Notes: generated by a model not told the origin, from the sequence alone. A stretch of DNA of 29,163 bases from Synechococcus sp. (GCA_051439605.1 JBFRWN010000143.1:1-29163); one strand, 5' to 3'; shown: positions 19,422 through 28,274, numbered from the stretch's first letter. Numbers and translations are program-made.

Positions 19422-19452
19422 GCGGCTAGAGTCAGTTGATTACTCTAGCCGC
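19422..19452 (-). terminator. Stem-loop immediately after the sigma factor stop
   Basis: Perfect 11-bp stem GCGGCTAGAGT / ACTCTAGCCGC. No strong U-tract on the minus strand, so possibly a stabiliser. Confidence 0.5.
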
Positions 19453-19457
19453 AGCTT

Positions 19458-20405
19458 TTAGCAAGCAATGTACTCTTGCAAATTTACACTGCTTTTGCGC
19501 AGCTTTTTCAGAGCCTGTCGCTCAATTTGGCGAACGCGCTCAGCACTCAAATTGAGAAGAGAAGCAACTTTTCTGAGAGTGAGTGCCTTAGCTCCATCCA
19601 TCCCAAATCTCAAAGACAAGACAGTCTTTTCTTTCTGAGTCAGCTCTAACATTAATTGTCTGATATCTGACTCGAGGCTGCTCTGAACAACGTAATCTTC
19701 TGCAGAGGGTCCCGTATCTTCTAGCAATTGTCCGAGGTTCGCCTCCCCATCGCCAACAGGGATATCTAGAGAGAGAGTACGGCGAAAATATTGAAGGCAA
19801 TTCCGAACATCTTTCACTTTCAATTGAGTTTCTTCAGCCAACTCTTCTACAGAGGCAGTTCGACCGAGTTTTTGGACCAGTGTACGCTGGGCTTTTTTAA
19901 GCTTGTTTAATTTCTCTCCAACGTGCACCGGCAAGCGAACAGTGCGACTGGTTTGGGAAATCGCGCGTGTAATGGCTTGGCGGATCCACCAGAAAGCATA
20001 GGTTGAAAAACGATAGCCTTTTCCTGGGTCGAATTTCTCGACTCCCCTCTGTAAACCGATGTTGCCCTCTTGGATTAAGTCGAGAAAATCAACATTGCGA
20101 TTAAGAAATTTCTTGGCAACCGATACAACCAAGCGTAGGTTGGCTTCCACCATCTTGCGCTTGGCCCGGCTCCCTCGGTTAAGGGCCTGCTGCAATTCGA
20201 CTGCTGAGATCCCGGCTTGCTGAGCCCATTCTTCTGGGGTCGGGTTGCGTTCCATTTCGCTAGCCAGTTCGGCTTCGATTGCTTTCAGCTGCATCAATCG
20301 CTGAACTTGATTGCCGTACTGAATTTCTTCCTCGTGGGTCAGCAATGGAATGCGACCGATTGCTTGGAGGTAATCCCTGACGGTATCTGCTTTAGGAGGT
20401 CTCAT
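19458..20405 (-). CDS. sigD: Group 2 RNA polymerase sigma factor, SigD-like
   Basis: No region 1.1; [68 protein letters not shown] and ERVRQIE motifs. The SigD subtype rests on recalled similarity and the upstream HLR1-like site. Confidence 0.8.
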   Translation of the reverse strand: MRPPKADTVRDYLQAIGRIPLLTHEEEIQYGNQVQRLMQLKAIEAELASEMERNPTPEEWAQQAGISAVELQQALNRGSRAKRKMVEANLRLVVSVAKKFLNRNVDFLDLIQEGNIGLQRGVEKFDPGKGYRFSTYAFWWIRQAITRAISQTSRTVRLPVHVGEKLNKLKKAQRTLVQKLGRTASVEELAEETQLKVKDVRNCLQYFRRTLSLDIPVGDGEANLGQLLEDTGPSAEDYVVQSSLESDIRQLMLELTQKEKTVLSLRFGMDGAKALTLRKVASLLNLSAERVRQIERQALKKLRKSSVNLQEYIAC

Positions 20406-20559
20406 ATCTCTTGCAAATTGAGAAGGTCAGTGTCGCAAGTCGCTCGGTTTTATAAACTCAACGACTTACTCGATAGAGAGAAACATAGGCTATGCAGCTT
20501 TATAGACTCGGTCTGGATTGCTGCTGCCTGACAATGCATGAATCAGATTACTTTTTCAT

Positions 20560-20577
20560 TATGTAACAAATCGTTAC
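20560..20577 (-). promoter_or_regulatory. HLR1-like site overlapping a CATAAT -10-like element upstream of the sigma gene
   Basis: Minus strand GTAACGAT-TT-GTTACATA(ATG); the second half-site is perfect and the first has two mismatches. Confidence 0.5.
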
Positions 20578-20895
20578 GTCGAATTAATCTTCTAGCTCAA
20601 GACTGCTCAATACCGAAGGAGTTTTTGCGATTCAAGAGACCTTAACCCCTGCAGAGATCGTCTAGTGAGCACATGTACTCACTTGGCTGCTTTGCCTGCC
20701 AATCGTTTGCTCAACAGGTAAACGGAAGACTTCCTTAGGGCAACTCCCACTCGGCGATCGCGGCACTTACGATAGGTCCAGTTCGCTGTTATACCGCTCC
20801 TGCCAGTGCATAAACGTAGCGGCATACATCGGATGAGGAGTTTTATCTGGAGGCTAGCGGCTCTACCAAACGGGTAGAGGTTGCTGTGAGTGCGT

Positions 20896-22044
20896 ATGAC
20901 AACAGATAGTGCAAAAGTAGCGGTCCTGCTGTGCGGCTACGGAGAAGTCGAAGAATACCAGGAGTTTGCAGATTACAACGAGCGGGCTCTGCGCTTGCTG
21001 GCATCCAAATTTATTAAATTTCCAGAGTTTTCCATCCCCTGGCTGGCGAAGGCATTGGAGTTTACCGATCGCCGCGAGTGGAGCAAGCAAAACCACTATC
21101 GCTCTCCCCATAACGAAATTTTCGAAGCGCAGCGAGCCGGTCTCGAAAAAGTGCTGCAGGAGCGATACGGCGATCGCGTGGCAGTGTTCAAAGCCTTTAA
21201 TTTCTGCGAGCCCTTTCTTCCCCATCAAGTGCTGCAGCAAATTCGCGAGCAAGGATATAACCGCTTGCTCATTTATCCGCTGCTAGTGGTGGATTCCATC
21301 TACACGAGCGGTTTAGCCCTGCAACAGATTAACGAGGCTTTGGATAACGAGCACGATTGGATAGCAGACCTGCTTTACTTACCCAGCTTTTTCGATCGCC
21401 CCGAATATCACCAACTCATGGCCAAACATATTGAAGGGCGGCTTCAAGACTTACAGGGCAGCTATGCTCGCTCGCAAATCGGCATCATTTTGCTCAACCA
21501 CGGTTGTCCGCTGGACTCCAAAGGATTTGAAAGCGGCATTCGCGAAAGCGAAGCGCTGTACGGCCATATCCGAGAGCGTCTGATCCATCGCTATCCCCTC
21601 GTAACCATTGGCTGGATGAATCACGACACCCCCGGCAAGTGGACCACCCCCGATATGGAGCAAGCAGCCACTAACCTGCTCACCATCGGGGCAAAAGCGT
21701 TAGTATTTGCCCCGATCGGCTTTGCTACCGAAAATCACGAGACGATGCTGGATGTGGGGTACGCCATCAAAAAGTTTCAGTCCAAAGCCGAGTGTCTCCA
21801 TCTCGATTGTTTGAACGACGATCCGGCGTTTTTGACGGTGGCAGCTAATTGGATCGATGGCTTGATTGCTGATTCTCTGGGGGAAGGACCGACTGCGCTG
21901 GATACGATGGTAAACCACATGGTCAGCGAGCACCGATCGCCCAATCGCAACCTTGAACTTCATAAGGTTCTCTCGGGCAACGGCCACCATCACCACTCTC
22001 ACGGACATTCTCACGGCAATGGAGGGCACCACCATCACCATTAA
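20896..22044 (+). CDS. Ferrochelatase-family protein with His-rich tail and no CAB domain
   Basis: VAVLL.GYGE, YRSP, L.IYPL....S..TSG, LLNHGCP (catalytic-His position), KW..P, PIGFATENHET..D motifs; ends in HHHHSHGHSHGNGGHHHHH. Confidence 0.82.
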   Translation: MTTDSAKVAVLLCGYGEVEEYQEFADYNERALRLLASKFIKFPEFSIPWLAKALEFTDRREWSKQNHYRSPHNEIFEAQRAGLEKVLQERYGDRVAVFKAFNFCEPFLPHQVLQQIREQGYNRLLIYPLLVVDSIYTSGLALQQINEALDNEHDWIADLLYLPSFFDRPEYHQLMAKHIEGRLQDLQGSYARSQIGIILLNHGCPLDSKGFESGIRESEALYGHIRERLIHRYPLVTIGWMNHDTPGKWTTPDMEQAATNLLTIGAKALVFAPIGFATENHETMLDVGYAIKKFQSKAECLHLDCLNDDPAFLTVAANWIDGLIADSLGEGPTALDTMVNHMVSEHRSPNRNLELHKVLSGNGHHHHSHGHSHGNGGHHHHH

Positions 22045-22074
22045 CCTAGTGAGATTCTTATTGCGGATTGTGCC

Positions 22075-22731
22075 TCAAACTAATCCTTCTAGGATTGCCC
22101 GAACCACCCGACTATCCGTGTCTGCGCGTAGTTTTTCTAAAGCTGCTTCAGCCTTTGGATCGTCAAAACTACGCAGTGTCCGGGCGGCTTGAGCTCTTAC
22201 AAATCCGTCCTCGTCATTTGTAGCTTCCAAAAGGATATCGAGGGCGTCCGATCCATACGGTGGATCGGACAATTTTTGTAGTAGAGCTACAGCAACATGT
22301 TTCACAACTCGGTCGTCCCCGTCGTACCCAGACCGACAGAGCTTGAGCAGAAGGTGCGGACAATCAAAATCCTCTAGAGCCGCGAAAATGCTCTGGCGAA
22401 CCAACCAATGGGGATGTTGCTCGAAGATTTGTTCCAGAAGCGGCAAAGCCCGATCGCCGTACTTCGCTAGGGAATTGGCAGCCTCTGCAATCACATTGCT
22501 ATCCGTTTCGCGTTCAACGATATTCAGTAGTGCCTCGAAACCTTCTTCGGTTTGTTTGTAGCCGAGACCCATGGCGACGAAAGACCGAATCAGAAACTCG
22601 GTATCAAACATTTTTTGCTTGAGTAAAGGGACCGCGTCTACTGGGGGATGGTTTCTGAGCTCGGTAATGCCTTTCATCCGCTGCTGAGGATCTGAGCTTT
22701 CCAAGAGTGTGGCAATTTGCTCTAAGTACAT
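22075..22731 (-). CDS. HEAT-repeat, phycobilin-lyase-like protein, NblB-like
   Basis: LLES.D...R..GI..LR, RSFVAMGLG.K, D.NV.AEAANSL and HWLVRQSI.AAL repeats. Confidence 0.8.
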   Translation of the reverse strand: MYLEQIATLLESSDPQQRMKGITELRNHPPVDAVPLLKQKMFDTEFLIRSFVAMGLGYKQTEEGFEALLNIVERETDSNVIAEAANSLAKYGDRALPLLEQIFEQHPHWLVRQSIFAALEDFDCPHLLLKLCRSGYDGDDRVVKHVAVALLQKLSDPPYGSDALDILLEATNDEDGFVRAQAARTLRSFDDPKAEAALEKLRADTDSRVVRAILEGLV

Positions 22732-23494
22732 CAAATAACCTCAAACGTTCTCATTTTCAGTTTACTTAACTTTACAGAAAGCCGCTGCTGGATCGACCTC
22801 AGGTAGTAGTTAGACGAGTTTTTCACCGGTCTTTCCTAGATTCTGTTAGCGAGATGCAGCCCTAGCCACTACCGTTGCCGCAGGGCTTGAATGTGCTGAA
22901 AACAAGCTAGAGAAGCACTGTTGAACTTGTCTGGCTCAGCAAACAAGGAGCAATTGAATAATTAAACATAAACCAGCTTTATGACTTTGATTAGTTTTAC
23001 TTATGCCAGTGTGAATAATAAGGAATGTTGCGCTAGCTTAAGTTTGTAAAAGGTTGTGAGGAGTTCGGACTCATACAGAAAGCGTAGGTAAGTAGCCTGC
23101 CGTTTCACAGCTCTACTCACGCAACTGACATACAAGTCCGAAAATATTAACACTCAATTAGCTTGGAGTGAATGGCTCTCAATTTACGAAACTGTAGCCT
23201 AGTCATTAGCTCAATTATCAGGCAATACTCCCTTTGGGATTGATGACGTAAACTTTTCAATTTATTTGCCAGCTTTATCATCTGGTAAAGATATCAGGTC
23301 GTAAACTGATTCGGATTCCTCGAGTGATTCATTTGCTTGAGATACCAACTATTCGTCGCACTTGATATATCTTTCCAGTTTGCATCTCAAAAAATTGAAT
23401 AGGTTTTGCCAGGGATCTCGAAAGGAATATCGAAGGCAGTTTCGTTGGGGTCGTTCAAATCCTTGTTGGACAAAGTCACGTAGTCGTTCAAGTG

Positions 23495-24334
23495 ATGGAA
23501 ATGTTGACAACAACACTGGGTGCCGCACCTTCTGTGCTCACTTCAGTACAGTTCGACCTTGTCTACAATGCCTTTTCGTTTTGCATTGCTGCTATGGCAG
23601 CAGCAGCGTTGTTCTTTTTCAATGCAAGAGCGCAAGTAGGGGAAAAGTACCGGCCTGCTTTGCTAGTCTCAGCCTTGGTTGTAAGCATCGCAGCCTACCA
23701 CTACTTTCGAATTTTCAATGCCTGGGATAGCGCGTATTCACTACAGGATGGCATCTACGCAGCAACGGGCATACCGTTCAACGATGCCTATCGCTATGCA
23801 GATTGGTTGTTGACCGTGCCTTTACTCTTAGTTGAGGCTGTCGCAGTCCTTGCTTTAGCCCCTAAGGTGTCGCGCTCGATGTTGCTTAGATTGTCTGCTG
23901 CCGCCATCCTCATGATTGTTACCGGATATCCCGGCGAGATTTCGGATAGCATCAGTGCCCGTCTGATTTGGGGAACGATCAGTACAATTCCCTTTGCCTA
24001 TATCCTCTACGTACTCTGGATTGAACTGAGCAGAGCAATCGAGCGCCAGCCGCAAGAAGTGAAAGGTCTAGTAAAGAGTCTTCGCCTGCTATTGCTGCTG
24101 TCATGGGGGGTGTACCCAATTGCCTACCTACTTCCGGTTCTGGGTGTTGCAGGTGCTTCTGCAACTGTTGGCTTACAGGTTGGGTACACGATCGCAGATA
24201 TTCTGGCTAAGCCTGTCTTTGGACTCTATATCTACGCAATTGCAGTAGCTAAAACCCAAGCAGATCGAGACATCGTGGCAAAGGATAGAGTTGCCATGGC
24301 ACAACCGACTCTTGAAACTGTTGCGAACAACTAA
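23495..24334 (+). CDS. Microbial rhodopsin, Gloeobacter-rhodopsin/xanthorhodopsin type, DTE proton pump
   Basis: Seven hydrophobic segments; YHYFRIF, FNDAYRYADWLLTVPLLLVE (D-T-E), TGYPGE, WGTISTIPF, WGVYPIAY and retinal-binding ADILAKP. Start at 23492, 23495 or 23501. Confidence 0.96.
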   Translation: MEMLTTTLGAAPSVLTSVQFDLVYNAFSFCIAAMAAAALFFFNARAQVGEKYRPALLVSALVVSIAAYHYFRIFNAWDSAYSLQDGIYAATGIPFNDAYRYADWLLTVPLLLVEAVAVLALAPKVSRSMLLRLSAAAILMIVTGYPGEISDSISARLIWGTISTIPFAYILYVLWIELSRAIERQPQEVKGLVKSLRLLLLLSWGVYPIAYLLPVLGVAGASATVGLQVGYTIADILAKPVFGLYIYAIAVAKTQADRDIVAKDRVAMAQPTLETVANN

Positions 24335-24340
24335 CTGGCT

Positions 24341-24375
24341 CGTCACTCCCTCGTCCCAACTACGAGGGGGTGACG
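24341..24375 (+). terminator. Strong stem-loop 3' of the rhodopsin gene
   Basis: 14-bp stem CGTCACTCCCTCGT / ACGAGGGGGTGACG (one G:U pair), 7-nt loop, weak U-tract. Confidence 0.6.
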
Positions 24376-24431
24376 TTCCATCTTCAGAAAAAGAATGTAT
24401 TGTGCCATCAAAAATGGTTGCAGGTAGAACT

Positions 24432-24962
24432 ATGAACGAAAAAGATACGAATTATCTGATTGCTGTAATGGCCAGTCGAGTTCAAGCTGAGGAAGCCTAT
24501 TTTGCTTTACGGAAAGCGGAACTGCCCATCGAGCAACTGGACATTTTAGGTCGTGGCTACAAGACGGCAGACGAGTATGGCTTGATTAACCCTAACGATG
24601 AAGCAGAAAAGCAGGTTAACGGACTTGCGTACTGGGTAATTCCTTTCGGGTTTGCAGCGGGTTTTCTCTTCAATCTCCTGACTGGGATTGAAATCTTCAG
24701 TTGGCTCGGCAATGTGGGTAACCATGTTTTAGGCGGGGTCCTCGGCGCTGCAGCAGGGGCTTTTGGCGCTTATGTTTCCGGCACTTTAACGGGTTGGACC
24801 GTTGGTAGCGGAGACGCGATCGCCTATCGGAACCGATTGAATGCTGGAAAATATCTCATCATTGCCAAAGGCGCTGATGCATTTGTCGAGCGAGCAACTC
24901 AGTTAATTCGACAGTACGACCCTGAAAATCTCCAAGGATACGTCGAGACTGCTAGTGCTTGA
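24432..24962 (+). CDS. Hypothetical membrane protein of a type seen in cyanobacteria (Gly-rich TM segments)
   Basis: NYLIAV...R.QAE.AY.AL, ILGRGYK.ADE.GLI.P and YRNRL.AGKYL pattern; ATG at 24432 avoids overlap with the rhodopsin gene. Confidence 0.8.
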   Translation: MNEKDTNYLIAVMASRVQAEEAYFALRKAELPIEQLDILGRGYKTADEYGLINPNDEAEKQVNGLAYWVIPFGFAAGFLFNLLTGIEIFSWLGNVGNHVLGGVLGAAAGAFGAYVSGTLTGWTVGSGDAIAYRNRLNAGKYLIIAKGADAFVERATQLIRQYDPENLQGYVETASA

Positions 24963-25021
24963 TTTGATGCGGTTGCCGAAAAGTCGCTGCAATAGTTGTG
25001 TTTTATCAGGGGGATGGTTCA

Positions 25022-25663
25022 GTGGAGCAGCTCTTTTCCTATGCAACGATAACGTTTTTAGCCTTGTTCCCAATTGCAAATCCCATTGGGGTTGTCCCCA
25101 CTTTCTACAGCCTGACTGTCAATAACACTCCCAGTCGTCGGGCTCGTCAGGCTCGCAAGGTCGCCATCAATGTCATCGTTGTCTTAACGGTTTTTTTGAT
25201 TGCGGGTCGGCTAATTCTTGACTTTTTTGGTCTGTCAATGGGGGTGCTGCAAGTTGCAGGTGGCCTGTTATTGGCCCATACTGCTTGGGAAATCGTGACA
25301 GCTTATCCATCCTCCACATCCGGAACTGAAGGGCCGGGTCAGGAGAGAGACATCACCTTAATACCGATGGCCGTTCCAATTATTAGCGGACCCGGTGCTA
25401 TCGGGATGGTGATTGGCTTAATTGCCAAAGATCCTCAACCGGCTAACTATGTTGGAAGCCTGATTGGAATCCTGGCTATTGGGGCACTCGTATATTTCTG
25501 TTTGGTTCTGGGGAAGCCGTTGGTCGATTTGCTAGGCCGAAGTGGGATCGATGCCTTCACTCGGATTCTTGGCGTTTTCATCCTGGCATTCTCTATCCAG
25601 TTAATCGTTGATGGCCTCTTCTCGATACTTAACGATCTTCCCCTTGCCGAACTTCTAATGTAA
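25022..25663 (+). CDS. MarC-family membrane protein
   Basis: LF.I.NPIG..P.F, AGG.LL, L.PMA.P.I.GPGAI and TRILG....A..IQ.I..G motifs; alternative GTG at 24998. Confidence 0.9.
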   Translation: MEQLFSYATITFLALFPIANPIGVVPTFYSLTVNNTPSRRARQARKVAINVIVVLTVFLIAGRLILDFFGLSMGVLQVAGGLLLAHTAWEIVTAYPSSTSGTEGPGQERDITLIPMAVPIISGPGAIGMVIGLIAKDPQPANYVGSLIGILAIGALVYFCLVLGKPLVDLLGRSGIDAFTRILGVFILAFSIQLIVDGLFSILNDLPLAELLM

Positions 25664-25785
25664 GTCCATCGTCTCTTAATTGTTGGCATCCAATAATACG
25701 GTCTACTCGCTAGAAACTATCGGCATTTGACAGCGATCTCCTCGATCGCTTCGGACTCGATAAATGAACGTGGAAACAATGCTCT

Positions 25786-26703
25786 ATGGTTTATCAACCC
25801 CCGTGTTTTACCCAAGGCGCTCTCTCAGTCCAATTGGGTTCAATGACGTACTACACCAACAACAAACAATTTTGGTTTGGGAGCAATGACGATAAAGTAG
25901 AGCATCCCACACTGATGTTCTTACACGGTTTCGGTGGCGGGTCGTCATCTTATGAATGGTCGAAAGTCTATCCTGCGTTTGCCAGTCAGTACCGCATCCT
26001 TGCTCCCGATTTGATGGGGTGGGGTAAATCCAGTCATCCCCCTCTTCAATACCAAGTCGATGACTACTTGAATAGCCTGACCGAGTTTATCGAGAAGACT
26101 TGCGATTCCCCAATCACGGTCATTGCATCCTCTCTCACCGCTGCTTTCACGGTTCGACTGGCGATCGCCCGTCCTAAGCTGTTTAAGTCGCTCATTTTAA
26201 TCGCACCCGCAGGTCTGAAGGATTTTGGACAAGAAGTCAGTCCTTTGGCTCAGATCTTTAGCATTCCGGTCCTAGATCGCCTGATTTACCAGGCAGCAAT
26301 CTCGAATGAATGGGCGATCGAAAGTTTTTTAAAGCAGCAAACCTTTGCTCGGCCAGAGCGGGTCTATCCAGAAATCGTCAATGCTTATCTGGATTCAGCC
26401 ATGCAGCCCAATGCTGAATATAGCGCTCTATCGTTTGTACGTGGGGATTTGAGCTTCGATCTGGCAACATACATGCCGCAGCTGGAAATCCCTACGGCGA
26501 TCCTGTGGGGATATGCAGCTAAATTCTCTCGCCCGGACGTCGGTCGTCGCTTGTCAGAGCTCAACCCAAAGGCGGTTAAAGTATTTCAAATTTTAGAAGA
26601 TGTCGGACTCACCCCCCAATTGGAATTACCTGCAGTTGTAGTTGGATTGATTCAGAGCTATCTGTTGCTGTTGAACGAAACTAGTGAACTGAAGGCTCAA
26701 TAG
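25786..26703 (+). CDS. Alpha/beta hydrolase fold protein
   Basis: FLHGFGGGSS.YEW, APDL.GWG.S, nucleophile elbow IASSLTAA, PTAILWG, VGLTPQLELP. Confidence 0.88.
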   Translation: MVYQPPCFTQGALSVQLGSMTYYTNNKQFWFGSNDDKVEHPTLMFLHGFGGGSSSYEWSKVYPAFASQYRILAPDLMGWGKSSHPPLQYQVDDYLNSLTEFIEKTCDSPITVIASSLTAAFTVRLAIARPKLFKSLILIAPAGLKDFGQEVSPLAQIFSIPVLDRLIYQAAISNEWAIESFLKQQTFARPERVYPEIVNAYLDSAMQPNAEYSALSFVRGDLSFDLATYMPQLEIPTAILWGYAAKFSRPDVGRRLSELNPKAVKVFQILEDVGLTPQLELPAVVVGLIQSYLLLLNETSELKAQ

Positions 26704-26747
26704 GAGATTTATTTTTGGTAGAAAGTTTGAGGGCTTTCTTTCAAATC

Positions 26748-26966
26748 CTAATCGCTTCTCAATATTTTTAATAATGTTGCGGTTTCCAAGTTTGACTCAT
26801 CATTAAGGCATCCGCCCTTTTTGGAGTACTGGCAGATCCGGGCGATACATTCCTCGCGATCGAACGGCCTGCCTACACTTGGGAAAAATAGCTTTCCATC
26901 AGTCGTAATTCCGCAGGCAGGACATGTCCGCTTGCTGGCCACTACTCGCGCTTCTTTGTTCGCCAT
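26748..26966 (-). CDS. Small Cys-rich hypothetical protein (72 aa)
   Basis: ATG start; CPAC...ARICQY....GCLN spacing suggests a metal-binding motif. Confidence 0.7.
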   Translation of the reverse strand: MANKEARVVASKRTCPACGITTDGKLFFPSVGRPFDREECIARICQYSKKGGCLNDESNLETATLLKILRSD

Positions 26967-27202
26967 AAGGTTTTATTAGTTTCTATCTTGGCCAATGCGA
27001 TCGAGCTTTGATGAAGCGCGCTTTCAACGTTGCCTGCCCCTCCTTCAACGCACGCCTCATATTTTCAAGCTGACTTTCGCTCATCTTGTTGGATTTGCAA
27101 GTTATAGAACTCTTTCCAAGCTCCTTGCTATTGACGCAAAAACTATACTCGCTTGGCGAATTTTATGTGCTTTTAGCTTGACGAGATTGAGCGATCCAGT
27201 TC

Positions 27203-27373
27203 TTAGGATACTGTGAAAGCTACCCACATAATGCCTCCTAGAAAAGCCACGGCAATCGCCCCAAAGAGCGCATACTGAATCATTTGCTTTTTTGTAGGGG
27301 GCTCAGCGATCTGTTCCTTGGTCTCAGTTGGAAAATTATTGATGATGCCGCGCTCGTCCTTTGTATATGGCAT
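27203..27373 (-). CDS. psb34: Photosystem II assembly factor Psb34 (Ssl1498 family)
   Basis: MPYTKDERGIINNFPTETKEQIAEPP followed by one C-terminal TM helix ending AF.VS; 56 aa from ATG 27373. Confidence 0.85.
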   Translation of the reverse strand: MPYTKDERGIINNFPTETKEQIAEPPTKKQMIQYALFGAIAVAFLGGIMWVAFTVS

Positions 27374-27564
27374 AAATGGTTCCAGACCTAACACTTGCCC
27401 CACAACTATACGGCATTGTTATCGTTACCGTCTTTCCGGAGATGGTAGAAGCTTCTAGCGAAGACACCAAGAGCTAGATAATGATGGTGTCAGGTGATTC
27501 AATCATTTGTAGCAAAGCAACAGTGCCGATTTCAGTGCAGCGTTCCTGGCAACATTCCGCTTTC

Positions 27565-27600
27565 AAAAAAGAGTGCTGCAAATATTTTTAGCAGCACTCT
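27565..27600 (-). terminator. Intrinsic terminator
   Basis: Minus strand AGAGTGCTGC-N11-GCAGCACTCT followed by a T run. Confidence 0.75.
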
Positions 27601-27635
27601 CAATTTATTGTTTCTGAAGTAAAATTTTTGTCGCC

Positions 27636-27797
27636 CTATCTGGCTACCAACGTCTTTTTGTCCTGTTTGGAACGATTGGGACGTTCCTCTGCAAGAGATT
27701 GAATGTTAGAGAGATAGGCTTTCAAGTCTTGACCGATGCGATTGCGATCGCCTTTTCCAAGTTGAGAGAGATTAATTTTGATTGCTTTTTTAGACAT
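27636..27797 (-). CDS. Putative small basic protein (53 aa)
   Basis: Manual translation MSKKAIKINLSQLGKGDRNRIGQDLKAYLSNIQSLAEERPNRSKQDKKTLVAR; AT-rich upstream region and a terminator 35 nt downstream. Confidence 0.5.
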   Translation of the reverse strand: MSKKAIKINLSQLGKGDRNRIGQDLKAYLSNIQSLAEERPNRSKQDKKTLVAR

Positions 27798-28274
27798 ACA
27801 GGCACAGTTAATATTTCTTCACTTAATATAACTGATTTAGGAGGCAGTTGCATTCCCCCATAACCGAAACTATCAATTATCTGAAATGTCTAATTCTTTT
27901 ACGCACCTCGAATACTGTGTAAATTTTCCTTCAGCTGACGCAGCCGCTACAGGTCATAGAATCGGTGTATATGTAATTTTATGAATTGGAGGTGACTATC
28001 TACTGTCACAGTCCACTATCAGCTGGTGTTGATGACAGTCTATGTCAGTGGACAGCCTCGCATTTCTCTCTTCGACCAATGGGGTTGATGCCACAGAGAA
28101 TTGAGAGAAGAGCGGGAATTACGAGAGGATCGGAGACTTTTCTCAGTAGGATCGAATAGGTTGAGATACCGATCGGTATTGAGTGTCCCATCTGAAACAA
28201 GCCTGTTGGCTGCGATCGGCAGCCCTATCTGTGAGAGGTTAGCAGGCGCGATCGCACGAGCTAAACAGTATTTA

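Noticed and set aside
20563..20577. Possible NtcA site GTA...TAC upstream of the sigma gene
   Set aside because: The spacer is 9 nt rather than 8; better explained as HLR1-like.
23495..24334. Alternative call as sensory, Na+ or Cl- pumping rhodopsin
   Set aside because: The helix C motif is DTE (not NDQ, NTQ or TSD), and no transducer gene is adjacent.
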